46,234 nucleotides of DNA from a virus (Duplodnaviria; Caudoviricetes), in the IMG/VR virus record IMGVR_UViG_3300043579_000052, positions 1 through 46,234 of that record; one strand, written 5' to 3'. The notes beneath the pieces are model-generated. The model made no database searches. It saw only the letters and a list, made by a program, of their open reading frames with translations, and was not told the DNA's origin. Positions 17,101 through 26,012 of the stretch are shown in pieces. How positions within the stretch are numbered: position 1 is the stretch's first letter; each line of letters starts with the position of its first letter. Position numbers and translations under genes: made by a program.

Positions 17101-17923
17101 TGACGGCCACCGCTTCGGCCTCGATCAGCATGGCAGGATCGTTACTGGCAAGCCTGCGGTAGAGCCCTGCGATTGCCTGAAGGCTCGTTTTTTCTCGTAC
17201 CTCTTTCATCATCTCGCGCCCTCGCTTCCAGTCTTTCCCGCCGAACGCCTCCCGGACCATCCTAATTGCAAGCGTTTCGTCCCTGTCAACGTAAAACGGG
17301 TACTCCACGCCTAGCAGCTCCACGGCGGACGGGTCGCGGTAGGTGAGCACGTTGGCGAGCACCGCCGCTGCGGTCGAAACCTTCGTGGCTGGCTTCAGCA
17401 GTGCATGCAGCCCATCCCGGCGCTGAAGGCATAGATGCAGGTTGAACTTCGATGCAGCCATGAGATGCTGCGAGGAGTCGAATACGTTGGTCCCGCCCCA
17501 GTCCTGCGACAGCGGCAAGTTGAAGCTCTTTCCGATATAGGCCGGGGTGAACCTGTACTGCTGCGCGGTGCCATGGATGCGGTGATCCCACTGGTGCGGG
17601 ATGACCGCGAACCTGGCGATCGGGTAGAGCTTGGCGTAGTAGTCGATGCAGGCCCGGTTCGGGACGATCAGGACTTCGACCAGATCGGCGAACGGGCAGA
17701 TGCGCTGCTTATAGCAGTGCAGATCAATTACATCGAGGATGATCCTGTTTCCGCGGTCCACCGCATCGAGCACCAGCCCTCGGTCGGCTTCCTTGACGAA
17801 GACGACATCCTCGTCCCGAGCGCCGCCGAGGTCGGCGAAGCAGAGCGGCACGCCCAGCGCTTCGGCAACGTGATTCCCGCGTAGAATGCTCGATACGTTG
17901 TCGTTGTTGACGACGAAGATCAC
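17093..17923 (-). CDS. glycosyltransferase-like protein (GT-B-like)
   Basis: GTG start at a GTGA overlap. SSILRG, VVFVK, IILDVID, VIPHQWD and KPATKVSTAAA.L patterns resemble GT4-like phage enzymes. Confidence 0.55.
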   Translation of the reverse strand: MIFVVNNDNVSSILRGNHVAEALGVPLCFADLGGARDEDVVFVKEADRGLVLDAVDRGNRIILDVIDLHCYKQRICPFADLVEVLIVPNRACIDYYAKLYPIARFAVIPHQWDHRIHGTAQQYRFTPAYIGKSFNLPLSQDWGGTNVFDSSQHLMAASKFNLHLCLQRRDGLHALLKPATKVSTAAAVLANVLTYRDPSAVELLGVEYPFYVDRDETLAIRMVREAFGGKDWKRGREMMKEVREKTSLQAIAGLYRRLASNDPAMLIEAEAVAVNG

Positions 17924-18417
17924 GGCACAGGGATCAGCTCGATAGACGACAGGTCGGGCAGCGCGCGCTTCTTCTGCACCGTCCAGCCCATAGAAGCACC
18001 AAAGGTCTGCATGTCGTCCGCGTCCTGAAAGATTGCCAGCACATCCTCCCAGTTCGCGCGCCAGTAATCGTCCGGGTACCCGTGCCGTCCCTTCTGCGGG
18101 CTCGCCATGGTGATGACCAGCCAGCCGTTGGGCTTCAGTACGCCCCACATCGCCGTCACGTTCCCGCGCCAGTCCTCGATGTGCTCGAAAGCGTCGAATG
18201 ACATGACCGCATCGAAGCACTCCTCGCCGAAATGCTCGAGCAGCTTCTCGGCGCGGCACACTACGTCGACGTTACGTCCGCTCTCCATGTCCGTGCCTAT
18301 GGCGTGCGGCACTAGATCACGCACGCAGCCGTTCACGTCCTGCGAGCCGACTTCGAGGACGCTGCCGCGCAGCTTGTCTAGGTGCTTCTGGCAGAAGCCA
18401 CGGACGGCGCCGTTCAT
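17920..18417 (-). CDS. class I SAM-dependent methyltransferase
   Basis: VLEVGSQDVNG, FDAVMSFDAFEH, LKPNGWLVI, HGYPDDYWR. Confidence 0.85.
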   Translation of the reverse strand: MNGAVRGFCQKHLDKLRGSVLEVGSQDVNGCVRDLVPHAIGTDMESGRNVDVVCRAEKLLEHFGEECFDAVMSFDAFEHIEDWRGNVTAMWGVLKPNGWLVITMASPQKGRHGYPDDYWRANWEDVLAIFQDADDMQTFGASMGWTVQKKRALPDLSSIELIPVP

Positions 18418-18431
18418 GGCATACAATCCAA

Positions 18432-18543
18432 GGCGTGGTAGGGGAGCCGACCTTCCAGCCGAGCCCCGAACGCACTCTGAGAGTGCTCCGGATAGACGGT
18501 AAATTGTGGAGGCACTGACAGGTGAAAGTCCTGTCTCACGGCC
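18432..18543 (+). ncRNA. candidate tRNA-like small RNA
   Basis: TACAAT -10 at 18422-18427. 5' GGCGTGG-TAG pairs with 3' TCACGGC. T-arm-like GACAGG-TGAAAGT-CCTGTC at 18517-18535. Internal stems. Confidence 0.45.
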
Positions 18544-19048
18544 TCTCCCCAACAATCCGCATGTCCCGCGGCTCCTTCAGCTTGAACTGCGCGGGCTCCT
18601 TACGGATGTTCACCAGCCCCGCCTCGCTCATCACTCGCGCAAGGCTCTCTGGCGTGTATCCCCAGCGATGCACCATCAGCGGATCGCGCCATGCCGGATC
18701 GCCGTAGAACACCCACATGGTGCGCTGCCCCTCGACGCCAGACGCAGAACGCGCGTCAGGCCCCTTCAGGAACTCCTCGCATGCGCTGATGAGGTTCGGG
18801 CATTCGAGCACCATCCGCCCGCCGTGCTTCAGCACCCGCACCCACTCGCGCAGGATGTCCACCACCTCCCAGCGCCAGAAGTGCTCGACTACGTGTACCG
18901 CCAGCACCTCGTCGGCGCTCGCATTATCGAAGGTGAGCTTATGCAGATCGCAGAGCACGTCAGGGGCTTTGCCTCTGCGGCTAGGCGCCACGTCTACGTT
19001 GACGTAGCCCTCCAGGATCTTGTCGCCGCAACCGAGGTTCAGACGCAC
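18536..19048 (-). CDS. class I SAM-dependent methyltransferase (type 11-like)
   Basis: LNLGCG..ILEGYVNVD, HVVEHF, EWVRVLKHGG...ECPNL, HRWGYT. Confidence 0.88.
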   Translation of the reverse strand: MRLNLGCGDKILEGYVNVDVAPSRRGKAPDVLCDLHKLTFDNASADEVLAVHVVEHFWRWEVVDILREWVRVLKHGGRMVLECPNLISACEEFLKGPDARSASGVEGQRTMWVFYGDPAWRDPLMVHRWGYTPESLARVMSEAGLVNIRKEPAQFKLKEPRDMRIVGERP

Positions 19049-20460
19049 GCGAACTCCTCGAGCCGCGCCGCCACCTCGTCAATCGGCCACTTCTCGTCAA
19101 GCTGCCTGAAAAGCTCCACCGAGCCGTACCACGGCGAGCCGCGGCCCTCAAGACCATAAAACCAGCGGGGACGGCTCGGCACCAGTACCCAGCACTCCTT
19201 CCCCAGGGCCCCGCACAGATGCACGGTCGCCGTGCATACGCTGATAACGAGGTCCAGCTCAGCTACCAGCGCCGCCATGTCGTCGTAGTCCGCAGACTCA
19301 GCAGCGCGCGCCCAGTGCGAGATCGCAATGCCATGCGTGCCCTTGAACTCGCGAATGTCGTCCGATGGGTCCTGATATTGCAGCGATACCCACGAGACGT
19401 TCGGAACGCGAAGAATCGGCAATAACGCATCAAGCGTCAGGCTCCTGCGTGCGCGGAAGGTGTTCTTATAGCCGCCGGTCCAGGCGATACCTACTTTCTT
19501 CCCGGCCAGCGTATCGAGCAGCGCGCGCCACTGAATGCGCCTCTCCGGGTCGGCAATCAGGTACGGAGTGCCCGGAAAATCCGCAGTAGCCTTGCGACGA
19601 TCGAATGCAAAGCTCCCAATAAGACAGTGGGCGTCGAACTTGCGGCCTGCGAGCCAGTCTTTCTCGGCCTGCTTAGTCTTGCGAGTCGAATGGACTTCGG
19701 CATCCGGAAAGCTCCTCTTCATCAGCCCGCCGAGCTTCTCGTCGCAGTCAAGCGTGACCGACTTCATGCGCGGGATGATCTCCGGCAGGATCGACGCGAA
19801 GCTGATCTCGTCCCCGATCCCCTGCTCGCCGCGAACGTATAGATCCAGCCCGTCCGAGCCGTCCCAGTACGGGCAATCATCGTGCGGCGGCTTCTTAGGC
19901 CGGTATCGCGATGAGCCTATGAACTTCTCGTAGCCCTCCCAGCCCTGCGCCCACTCTCCGCGCATGAGGTGCGCGTAGCCGAGCGATTCGTGAACGTCCC
20001 ACTGCTCGGGCTTTATCGCCAGCGCCTTTTCGCCCATCTCGATCGCTAGGCGCGGATTGCAGTCGTAGACCGCCAGCAGGCAAAGCAGCGCCAGCGCCTT
20101 ATCGTCCTGCGGCTTTTCTCGCCGGATGCCCTGCAGAATTCTCCTCGCCTCCTCCAGGCGCTGCATGCCGATGCAGGCAGCAGATAGATTGCGCTTGATG
20201 TCGTAGCGGTTCGGGGCTAGCTCCAGCGAGCGCTTGAGCAGCGTGTAGGCGAGACCGTTGCGCTGCTGCTTAAGGTGGATGCGCGCTACGATCAGCAGCG
20301 CCCATGCGTTCTCCGGGTTCTCGTCCAGCACGCCATTTGCAACGGTGAGCGCCTGCTCGAGGTTCCCGACATACTCGAACTGCTGGGCGATTGCACAGTC
20401 CATCTCCTCCGTCGTGCGAAGCTCTACGACGTTGGCGGGCTGGGCGGCCGGGAGGTGCAT
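19039..20460 (-). CDS. TPR-repeat glycosyltransferase (GT9-like C-terminal domain)
   Basis: N-terminal TPRs; EQGIGDEI.FAS, VGIAWTGG, WVSLQY, AALVAELDLVISVCTATVHLCGALG. Confidence 0.88.
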   Translation of the reverse strand: MHLPAAQPANVVELRTTEEMDCAIAQQFEYVGNLEQALTVANGVLDENPENAWALLIVARIHLKQQRNGLAYTLLKRSLELAPNRYDIKRNLSAACIGMQRLEEARRILQGIRREKPQDDKALALLCLLAVYDCNPRLAIEMGEKALAIKPEQWDVHESLGYAHLMRGEWAQGWEGYEKFIGSSRYRPKKPPHDDCPYWDGSDGLDLYVRGEQGIGDEISFASILPEIIPRMKSVTLDCDEKLGGLMKRSFPDAEVHSTRKTKQAEKDWLAGRKFDAHCLIGSFAFDRRKATADFPGTPYLIADPERRIQWRALLDTLAGKKVGIAWTGGYKNTFRARRSLTLDALLPILRVPNVSWVSLQYQDPSDDIREFKGTHGIAISHWARAAESADYDDMAALVAELDLVISVCTATVHLCGALGKECWVLVPSRPRWFYGLEGRGSPWYGSVELFRQLDEKWPIDEVAARLEEFACV

Positions 20461-20820
20461 CTACGCGAGCACCTTGTCCACGCACATCAGGTAGCGCCAT
20501 TCTGGTTTTTGGCACATGCGCAGCAGCTCCTTGGGCTCGTTGATGTTCACGCCCATAGCGAACCACTTGATCAGGATGGAATCAGGGATGTGGGCCGCAT
20601 GTACGAGACCGCCCTTGACGCCCTTCTTCCAGTGGTCTGCGTCCTTCTGAAGCTCGCGCGAGGCATCCACTTCGTGCGAAACGTCATCGTACTCATAGCG
20701 GATCGCCCACAGCTCGCCCTCCTTTCCGCTAGAGCTGCCGTAGGTTCGCACCCCGTTGATGGCGTCGTAGTCGAGCAGACGCTCATCGGCGTAGGGGTGC
20801 GTATTCTTGACGATCTTCAC
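20461..20820 (-). CDS. conserved phage hypothetical protein
   Basis: HAAHIP...KW...G.NI...PEWRYL pattern, typically found after capsid genes. Confidence 0.7.
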   Translation of the reverse strand: MKIVKNTHPYADERLLDYDAINGVRTYGSSSGKEGELWAIRYEYDDVSHEVDASRELQKDADHWKKGVKGGLVHAAHIPDSILIKWFAMGVNINEPKELLRMCQKPEWRYLMCVDKVLA

Positions 20821-21182
20821 TTCTTAGCGCTTCTGCCGCGGGCCTTCGTTGCCGCTGCGTCGGCGTCCGCATGAGCCTTCAGCACGTCATCGGCAATCGT
20901 CTCGAAATTGCCATTGATGGTGATCGTGCCCTTCGAGCCGTCCTCGGATGACTCCATGGTGCCCGCGACCGAGCAGGCATTCCCGGGGCCGGCAGCGATG
21001 ATCGCCTTCAGCGCCGAGGCGATGGCCGAGTTTTTCACCTGAGCCGAGATCGCATCAGCCGCCGTGTCCTTGGGCCCGCTCAGGCTGACCGAGAAAGAGC
21101 GCTTCTCGGCCTCCTTCTTCTCCTTCTGATACTCCGCCTCGGCCCGCTTTTCGTCCCTCACTACGCTCGCTTCATTTGCCAT
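20817..21182 (-). CDS. hypothetical protein
   Basis: AAAGGAG RBS; follows the major capsid gene. Confidence 0.75.
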   Translation of the reverse strand: MANEASVVRDEKRAEAEYQKEKKEAEKRSFSVSLSGPKDTAADAISAQVKNSAIASALKAIIAAGPGNACSVAGTMESSEDGSKGTITINGNFETIADDVLKAHADADAAATKARGRSAKK

Positions 21183-21196
21183 GATTCGCTCCTTTC

Positions 21197-21228
21197 TAAA
21201 GCCCCGCAGCCAGAAGGGCCGCGGGGCT
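21197..21228 (-). terminator. hairpin after major capsid gene (weak intrinsic terminator or stabiliser)
   Basis: AGCCCCGCGGCC-CTTCT-GGCTGCGGGGCT followed by a short T run. Confidence 0.6.
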
Positions 21229-21235
21229 CATTGCT

Positions 21236-22255
21236 TTACTTCGCTGGGTTGATGTCGGCAATCTTGAAGTGGGCGAATGGGTTGTCCACGACAAGGGTTG
21301 CTTGACAGAACACCATGCGCTTATCCGCGTGCCCTGTAATCGCCAGCGGCTTTTGCTGGATCGGCTGCAGGAACGCAACGCTGATGTAGTCCGGGTCGAT
21401 GCCGAAGAGAACGCTTGGGCGCATGAATCGGTCCATCTTCAGGACGTGCTCGCCCATATCGCTCACATACAGGTCCGCACCGCCGATGATCTGCGCCTGA
21501 TCGCGCGACTTCACCTCGCGGAATCTGGTCGCAATCCCGGCAAACGACGAACTGATCTTGGACTTGGTGCGCGGCGGCACCAGAATCACTCGCGGATCGC
21601 CGCCGTTGTCGTAGGTGTTGGCGATTGCACCTTTGAAGATCGCCTCCGAGATCGAGCCTGTGGAGGTCGAGTCGGTCGGTGCCGCAACCGGGTAGCCGTT
21701 CGCCGTGGTGAATCCCGGCGTGGTGCCCGCAGCGCCTTCCTGCACGCTCGTTCCGTTCGCCGTCTTGATGGTCGCCGCCTGCCCGCCTGAATAGCCGAGC
21801 CACGACTCGAGACCCGCCATCAGGGCCGCCGATGCAGCAACGCCCGCGGTGCCGGCGCCGTTCTGGAGCAGTGCCGCCTCCAGGTCGCGCTTCAGCTCCT
21901 TGACGCGCTTTTTCATCTGGTAGGCCATCGAGCCCACGTCACCGTAGGAGCGAACCGACTCCTGCGTGTTGGAGACGAACGCCACCTTGTCCATCAACTG
22001 GCACTGATTTCTCAGGTTGACGGCGGGGATCGCGGTGTCCGCTCCGGCGTCATCGCCTTCGATTACCGCGTTGCCAGAGGTGTGCGGCGTCAGCTCATCG
22101 GTGAGCCACTGATGCGTACGGTTGTCCGCCTTCTTTCTCTTCGCCATCGAGAGGAATGGTGTTTCGGTCGGCGAAATCATGAACACGGCGTCCTCGAAAT
22201 CCTCCGCGTTGCCGATGGTCTGGTACGTCTGCAACGTACCTGATGGAACTGCCAT
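21236..22255 (-). CDS. major capsid protein (SU10/DUF5309-like)
   Basis: EDFEDAVFMISPTETPFLS...HQWLTDEL...EGDDA...N.CQ...KELKRDLE. Confidence 0.9.
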   Translation of the reverse strand: MAVPSGTLQTYQTIGNAEDFEDAVFMISPTETPFLSMAKRKKADNRTHQWLTDELTPHTSGNAVIEGDDAGADTAIPAVNLRNQCQLMDKVAFVSNTQESVRSYGDVGSMAYQMKKRVKELKRDLEAALLQNGAGTAGVAASAALMAGLESWLGYSGGQAATIKTANGTSVQEGAAGTTPGFTTANGYPVAAPTDSTSTGSISEAIFKGAIANTYDNGGDPRVILVPPRTKSKISSSFAGIATRFREVKSRDQAQIIGGADLYVSDMGEHVLKMDRFMRPSVLFGIDPDYISVAFLQPIQQKPLAITGHADKRMVFCQATLVVDNPFAHFKIADINPAK

Positions 22256-22290
22256 TTTGTTTTACGCGAGCGTTCACCGCTCTAGCGTCC

Positions 22291-23349
22291 TTATTTTCGT
22301 GGTGTGATGAACGTAGCCATCATGGCTTCGGCGGCATCGCCGTCGTTGCCGTTGGCTGCAAGGCGTGCTTTCGCCTTCTGAAACTCATTGGTTCTTGGAT
22401 CTACCTTGGGTTTGGCGTTACCTGGCTTCAGCACGGATGGCACGTTCACGACTTTCTTCTCGGCGAGAGGCTTGCCTTCCTGCGTGGCGCGCCACTGGTG
22501 AGCGTCGTGCAGGACTCGCATAATGCGGTGGTCCCAGATGCCGCTCATCTCGTCGGGCTTGAAGCCGTAGGTGTCATAGCTCCTTTTCAGGAGCGACTGG
22601 TACAGGTCGTCATTCCACTGGGGGATCGCTTCCCTGAGCTTCACTCTAGATTCGGCTACGGCTTGGTCGCGGCTCTTGTTGCTCGCCTCCGACTGCTGTG
22701 CGCGAATCTTCTCCTGCTCGAGCGCGACGCTTTGCATCGCCTCGTTAACTTGCCGTACTCTGTTTTGAAGCCTGAGATATTCCACTGGGTTATCCTTCAC
22801 TAACTGGTCCCAGTTCACGTTCGCGAGTTCAGGCACCGCGGCCGCGCGGATCGTGGATTGCAATGCGGTGAGCGCCTCCAGATATTGGCCGCGCTCCTTT
22901 TCGATGGCTTGCTGCGCCATGGCATCGGCCTGGCGCTCGCGCTCGGCGACTTCCTGCGTCTTGCGGGTGTAGTCGGACTGCATCATCCGCTCTGAGCGCA
23001 ATTGCTCGAGCGTTACCTCGTCCTCCCACTCCTTCTCGCCGACTTTCATCGGCACCTTGATCTTTACGTCCTTCACGTCCTCCCACTTCACCTCTTCCTG
23101 CTTTGCGGCGGGCTCGGATTGCTCTGCTGGCTTGTCTGCCGGATCTTCGCCCTGCGCGGGCTGCTGCTGCTCTTGAGGCGCTTCCTGCGTGGCCTCCGCT
23201 GCAGGCTTCTGGGAGACGAAGCGCCCCTTTTCATCTCGCGGAGCCGCTGGATCTTCCAGGCCCATCGCACGGCCGAGGAGCGCGTCGTCTGAGGTATCGA
23301 GAGGAACCTGCGGCTCGACTTGTTGTTGTTCTTGTACCGCTTCGGCCAT
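22291..23349 (-). CDS. capsid scaffolding protein
   Basis: Acidic N-terminus, EVTLEQL....MMQSDYTRKTQEVAE, NWDQLVKDNPVEY, DHRIMRVLHDA; immediately upstream of MCP. Confidence 0.88.
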   Translation of the reverse strand: MAEAVQEQQQVEPQVPLDTSDDALLGRAMGLEDPAAPRDEKGRFVSQKPAAEATQEAPQEQQQPAQGEDPADKPAEQSEPAAKQEEVKWEDVKDVKIKVPMKVGEKEWEDEVTLEQLRSERMMQSDYTRKTQEVAERERQADAMAQQAIEKERGQYLEALTALQSTIRAAAVPELANVNWDQLVKDNPVEYLRLQNRVRQVNEAMQSVALEQEKIRAQQSEASNKSRDQAVAESRVKLREAIPQWNDDLYQSLLKRSYDTYGFKPDEMSGIWDHRIMRVLHDAHQWRATQEGKPLAEKKVVNVPSVLKPGNAKPKVDPRTNEFQKAKARLAANGNDGDAAEAMMATFITPRK

Positions 23350-23351
23350 CG

Positions 23352-23657
23352 TTATCTCCTAGCCTCTGCCTGCTCTCGCAGGAGAATCACTGCTGTTTTG
23401 ACGATTTCCTTCTCTGCCTCAGTCAGTTCTGCGCCCCATACACGACCACCCCATGGAACATGTGCCTGCCACTCATCTGGGCCGTACTTCTTGAATGCGA
23501 AATCGCGAACCGCTTCTCTTGCCTTCCAGGCAACCTGAAAAGCCCCGTGAGCGTCCAATGGCTCGCTGATCCTAGCCAGCTTTACAACCGTCTCACCGTC
23601 CCGTTCAAATGTGAGCTTTACGCCGTCTTCAGAAGCTTCTGCGCTCGTCAGTTTCAT
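23352..23657 (-). CDS. hypothetical protein (inserted)
   Basis: 101 aa between the conserved pre-scaffold gene and the scaffold. Confidence 0.6.
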   Translation of the reverse strand: MKLTSAEASEDGVKLTFERDGETVVKLARISEPLDAHGAFQVAWKAREAVRDFAFKKYGPDEWQAHVPWGGRVWGAELTEAEKEIVKTAVILLREQAEARR

Positions 23658-23953
23658 CTCCTGAACACGCTCTTAACTTTGTCGGCCATGGAAAGTTCGC
23701 GCTCCTTGAGCGCCAGCTTCCCGGTGTTCAGCACCTCGGTGAGCGCTTCTTCAAACTTCAGCGCCACCTGATAGTGCTGCCACAGCCATTCCCGACCCTC
23801 GGTATCGCGCGCTGGGCATGCGGCCCACTTGTCGATGATTCCCTGCTTCATGCTTGCGAACGACTCCTTGAAGAGCTTGTCCTCGAGGATCGCCTCGGCT
23901 TGCCGCGCGCGCGCGAGCTCGTCTTCTATCTTGGATTCGCGCTCAGGAGACAT
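23654..23953 (-). CDS. conserved portal/scaffold-linked hypothetical protein
   Basis: RARQAEAILED..F...W......DTEGREWLW....G.LA pattern. Confidence 0.75.
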   Translation of the reverse strand: MSPERESKIEDELARARQAEAILEDKLFKESFASMKQGIIDKWAACPARDTEGREWLWQHYQVALKFEEALTEVLNTGKLALKERELSMADKVKSVFRR

Positions 23954-24305
23954 GTACCCGACCCACGGTATCTACGAGCACCATCACACCGAGCCCGCGC
24001 AGGAACGCCTGCGTCGAGGTATTGGCTGGCGCGTTGGTTGTGATGCATAGCACGCCTGCGGCCGTAAACGCCACGCCCCCGGACACCTGCCCAATCGCGT
24101 CGGTAGTCACTTGGAGGGTTCCATCGGAGGCGAACGACATGCCGTGGCGCAACACCGACCCGGCGGGCGGGGCGCCTGTGATGCTCGTCGTCCTAAGCTC
24201 CCCGGGTGCCGTGATCGGCACTCCGACCTGATAGGTGATCGTGCCGGTGGCGGTCATGGAGGCCGCACCAGCCGCGTCCCGATCAATGCCGTGCAGGAGT
24301 GTCAT
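23943..24305 (-). CDS. small beta-repeat virion protein
   Basis: Repeats GVPITAPGEL / GMSFASDGTL / GVAFTAAGVL. Confidence 0.7.
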   Translation of the reverse strand: MTLLHGIDRDAAGAASMTATGTITYQVGVPITAPGELRTTSITGAPPAGSVLRHGMSFASDGTLQVTTDAIGQVSGGVAFTAAGVLCITTNAPANTSTQAFLRGLGVMVLVDTVGRVHVS

Positions 24306-24754
24306 AGCAGAAGGAGGAGCGCTTCCTCATCGTCGCGCATCCTATTGAGCATGATTTCAGCCTGTCTATAGGCTTCTTCAGGGGCGCGGTAGACGAAGCG
24401 CTCGCTGATGAGCGCCTTGTAGGTGCCCTCCGCAGCGTCCGTCTCCGGCACGAAGCGCACATCGCGCTTCTCGAGCGTGATCTGCGGCGCGCGAATGACG
24501 GGCTGACCCTTCGCCTGCCTCTGGGACTTCGGTTCCTCTGCGACTTCCTTCGGCACCGAGTACATCCGCAGTAGCTGTAGCGCTTCGTCGGTGCTCGCCA
24601 GGAACATGCGACCGTCCGGCATGATGTAGCGGCGCCGGGCTACGCCTCGCGATGGAATGCCGCCCTGAACCTGTACCGGCTCTAAAGGCGTGACTACTAC
24701 GCCTTCCTGCTGGAAGTTGAGTTGGAATGGCCCGGTTTGAAAGCCGCCGAACAT
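24302..24754 (-). CDS. hypothetical protein
   Basis: MFGGFQTGPFQLNFQQ start, ends DDEEALLLLL; TAATG coupling. Confidence 0.7.
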   Translation of the reverse strand: MFGGFQTGPFQLNFQQEGVVVTPLEPVQVQGGIPSRGVARRRYIMPDGRMFLASTDEALQLLRMYSVPKEVAEEPKSQRQAKGQPVIRAPQITLEKRDVRFVPETDAAEGTYKALISERFVYRAPEEAYRQAEIMLNRMRDDEEALLLLL

Positions 24755-25302
24755 TATCTCTTCGTCAATGTCGCCACAAGATCCAGCACGGCTTCTTTCC
24801 AAAAGGTCGCGGCGTGTTGCTGGTACTCCTGATTACGGGCTGCCAGCGCCGGATGCAGGCTTAACGGCACCGGGACAGCAGTGAAATCGCACGTGTAGCC
24901 GTCGTTGTGCGGGGCGTTCTGCTCGCGCCAGTTCTTGTCGAGATAGAGGAACCACATCTCGCTCACCGGTGGCCACTGGTGCGTGAGGTCTCCATAGGCA
25001 CGGCAGGACGCCCAGTACGGCGTGATGATCGTGGCCTTTCCGTCCGGGACCAGAATGCGGTGCAACTCGTTCACAAAGATGATGCGCTCTGGCGCGGTGA
25101 GATGCTCTACGAAGTGGCTGCAGTGCACCTCCTCCACGGAGTTATCCTCCCATGGCCATCTCGGCATTCTCAGGTCGGCCACTTCATCAACGCCATCGAA
25201 CCGGCGAATGTCAACGCCGATGAATCCGGGGCGCTTGTTCTTGCCGCAGCCAAGGTCTAGGCGTAGCGGCGTTGCAACTGGCTTCAGTTCAGCATTCACC
25301 AC
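24754..25302 (-). CDS. class I SAM-dependent methyltransferase
   Basis: LDLGCGKNK.PGFIGVD, WPWEDNSVEEVHCSHFVEHL, NELHRIL, AYGDLTH. Confidence 0.88.
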   Translation of the reverse strand: MVNAELKPVATPLRLDLGCGKNKRPGFIGVDIRRFDGVDEVADLRMPRWPWEDNSVEEVHCSHFVEHLTAPERIIFVNELHRILVPDGKATIITPYWASCRAYGDLTHQWPPVSEMWFLYLDKNWREQNAPHNDGYTCDFTAVPVPLSLHPALAARNQEYQQHAATFWKEAVLDLVATLTKR

Positions 25303-26012
25303 ATCGTGTCCGTTTGGTAGTCATAGTGGCCGACACGGATTCCGCAATCTATTGCACAGCGGTATCCATATTTCCTGAAGTCGCCCCACGCATAGAGATC
25401 CTGCGTGGCTACGCCTTGGTGCTTCTCGGTCTTGAACCACGGCCGGCGCAACCGCGTGTCCTTGAACATGGACATGCGCCAGAGATTGAACCCCATGCCG
25501 GTCCCGCAGCACTCCACCAAGCCTCCGTTCGGGTCTGGAAGCTGCGGGCGGAAGTTGAGCACCGGGTCCCGAGGATCGCCCCATATCTGCGCCACGCCGC
25601 CCTCGCCCTTGGTGAAGTAGATCCCGCCGATGCAGGAGAACTCAGGGTGCGCCTCCATGCGCTCGACGAGTTTCACCACGCCATCCGGCGGAGGGGCGTT
25701 ATCGTGCTCGATCGTGCAGATGTACTCCCACTGCGAAAGCTCAGGGTGCGCGAGGATCTGCTCGATGGCCGTGGTGTAGGCTTCTCCCACTTCCTGTCCG
25801 AGCGCGAGCAAGCGCACCACGCCGTTGTTCGGCGGGAAGTACAGGTTCCAGTGAGAGAGCGCTACCTTCGCTGGTATCAGGTCAGCGCTAGGCAGAATCA
25901 CCGCCATGCGCTGGCGCTTCCACGAGCCGCCCCTGATGAGCCTCGCGCGCGTGCCGTCCGGGTCGGAGTTGTGCGCGCCGCCGAAATCCTGCATCACGAG
26001 TTGCGGCTTCAT
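25296..26012 (-). CDS. glycosyltransferase (GT-A/GT2-like)
   Basis: YICTIEHD (DxD-equivalent), IGGIYFTK, VECCGTGMGFNLW...F, PWF, TQDLY, DCGIRVGH. Confidence 0.75.
   Translation of the reverse strand: MKPQLVMQDFGGAHNSDPDGTRARLIRGGSWKRQRMAVILPSADLIPAKVALSHWNLYFPPNNGVVRLLALGQEVGEAYTTAIEQILAHPELSQWEYICTIEHDNAPPPDGVVKLVERMEAHPEFSCIGGIYFTKGEGGVAQIWGDPRDPVLNFRPQLPDPNGGLVECCGTGMGFNLWRMSMFKDTRLRRPWFKTEKHQGVATQDLYAWGDFRKYGYRCAIDCGIRVGHYDYQTDTMW

Noticed and set aside
17093-18259. 388-aa ORF as a single MT-GT fusion or frameshift product
   Set aside because: The upstream part overlaps the methyltransferase in another frame; a GTGA-coupled start at 17923 explains it.
18418-18535. SAM riboswitch upstream of the methyltransferase, or a canonical tRNA
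   Set aside because: I could not match SAM-I, SAM-II or SAM-SAH consensus by eye; there is no anticodon arm, TTC or CCA. Kept only as a tRNA-like candidate.
17920-25302. Methyltransferases as DNA methylases
   Set aside because: No DPPY/NPPY or PC motifs; they resemble small-molecule or glycan type-11 enzymes.
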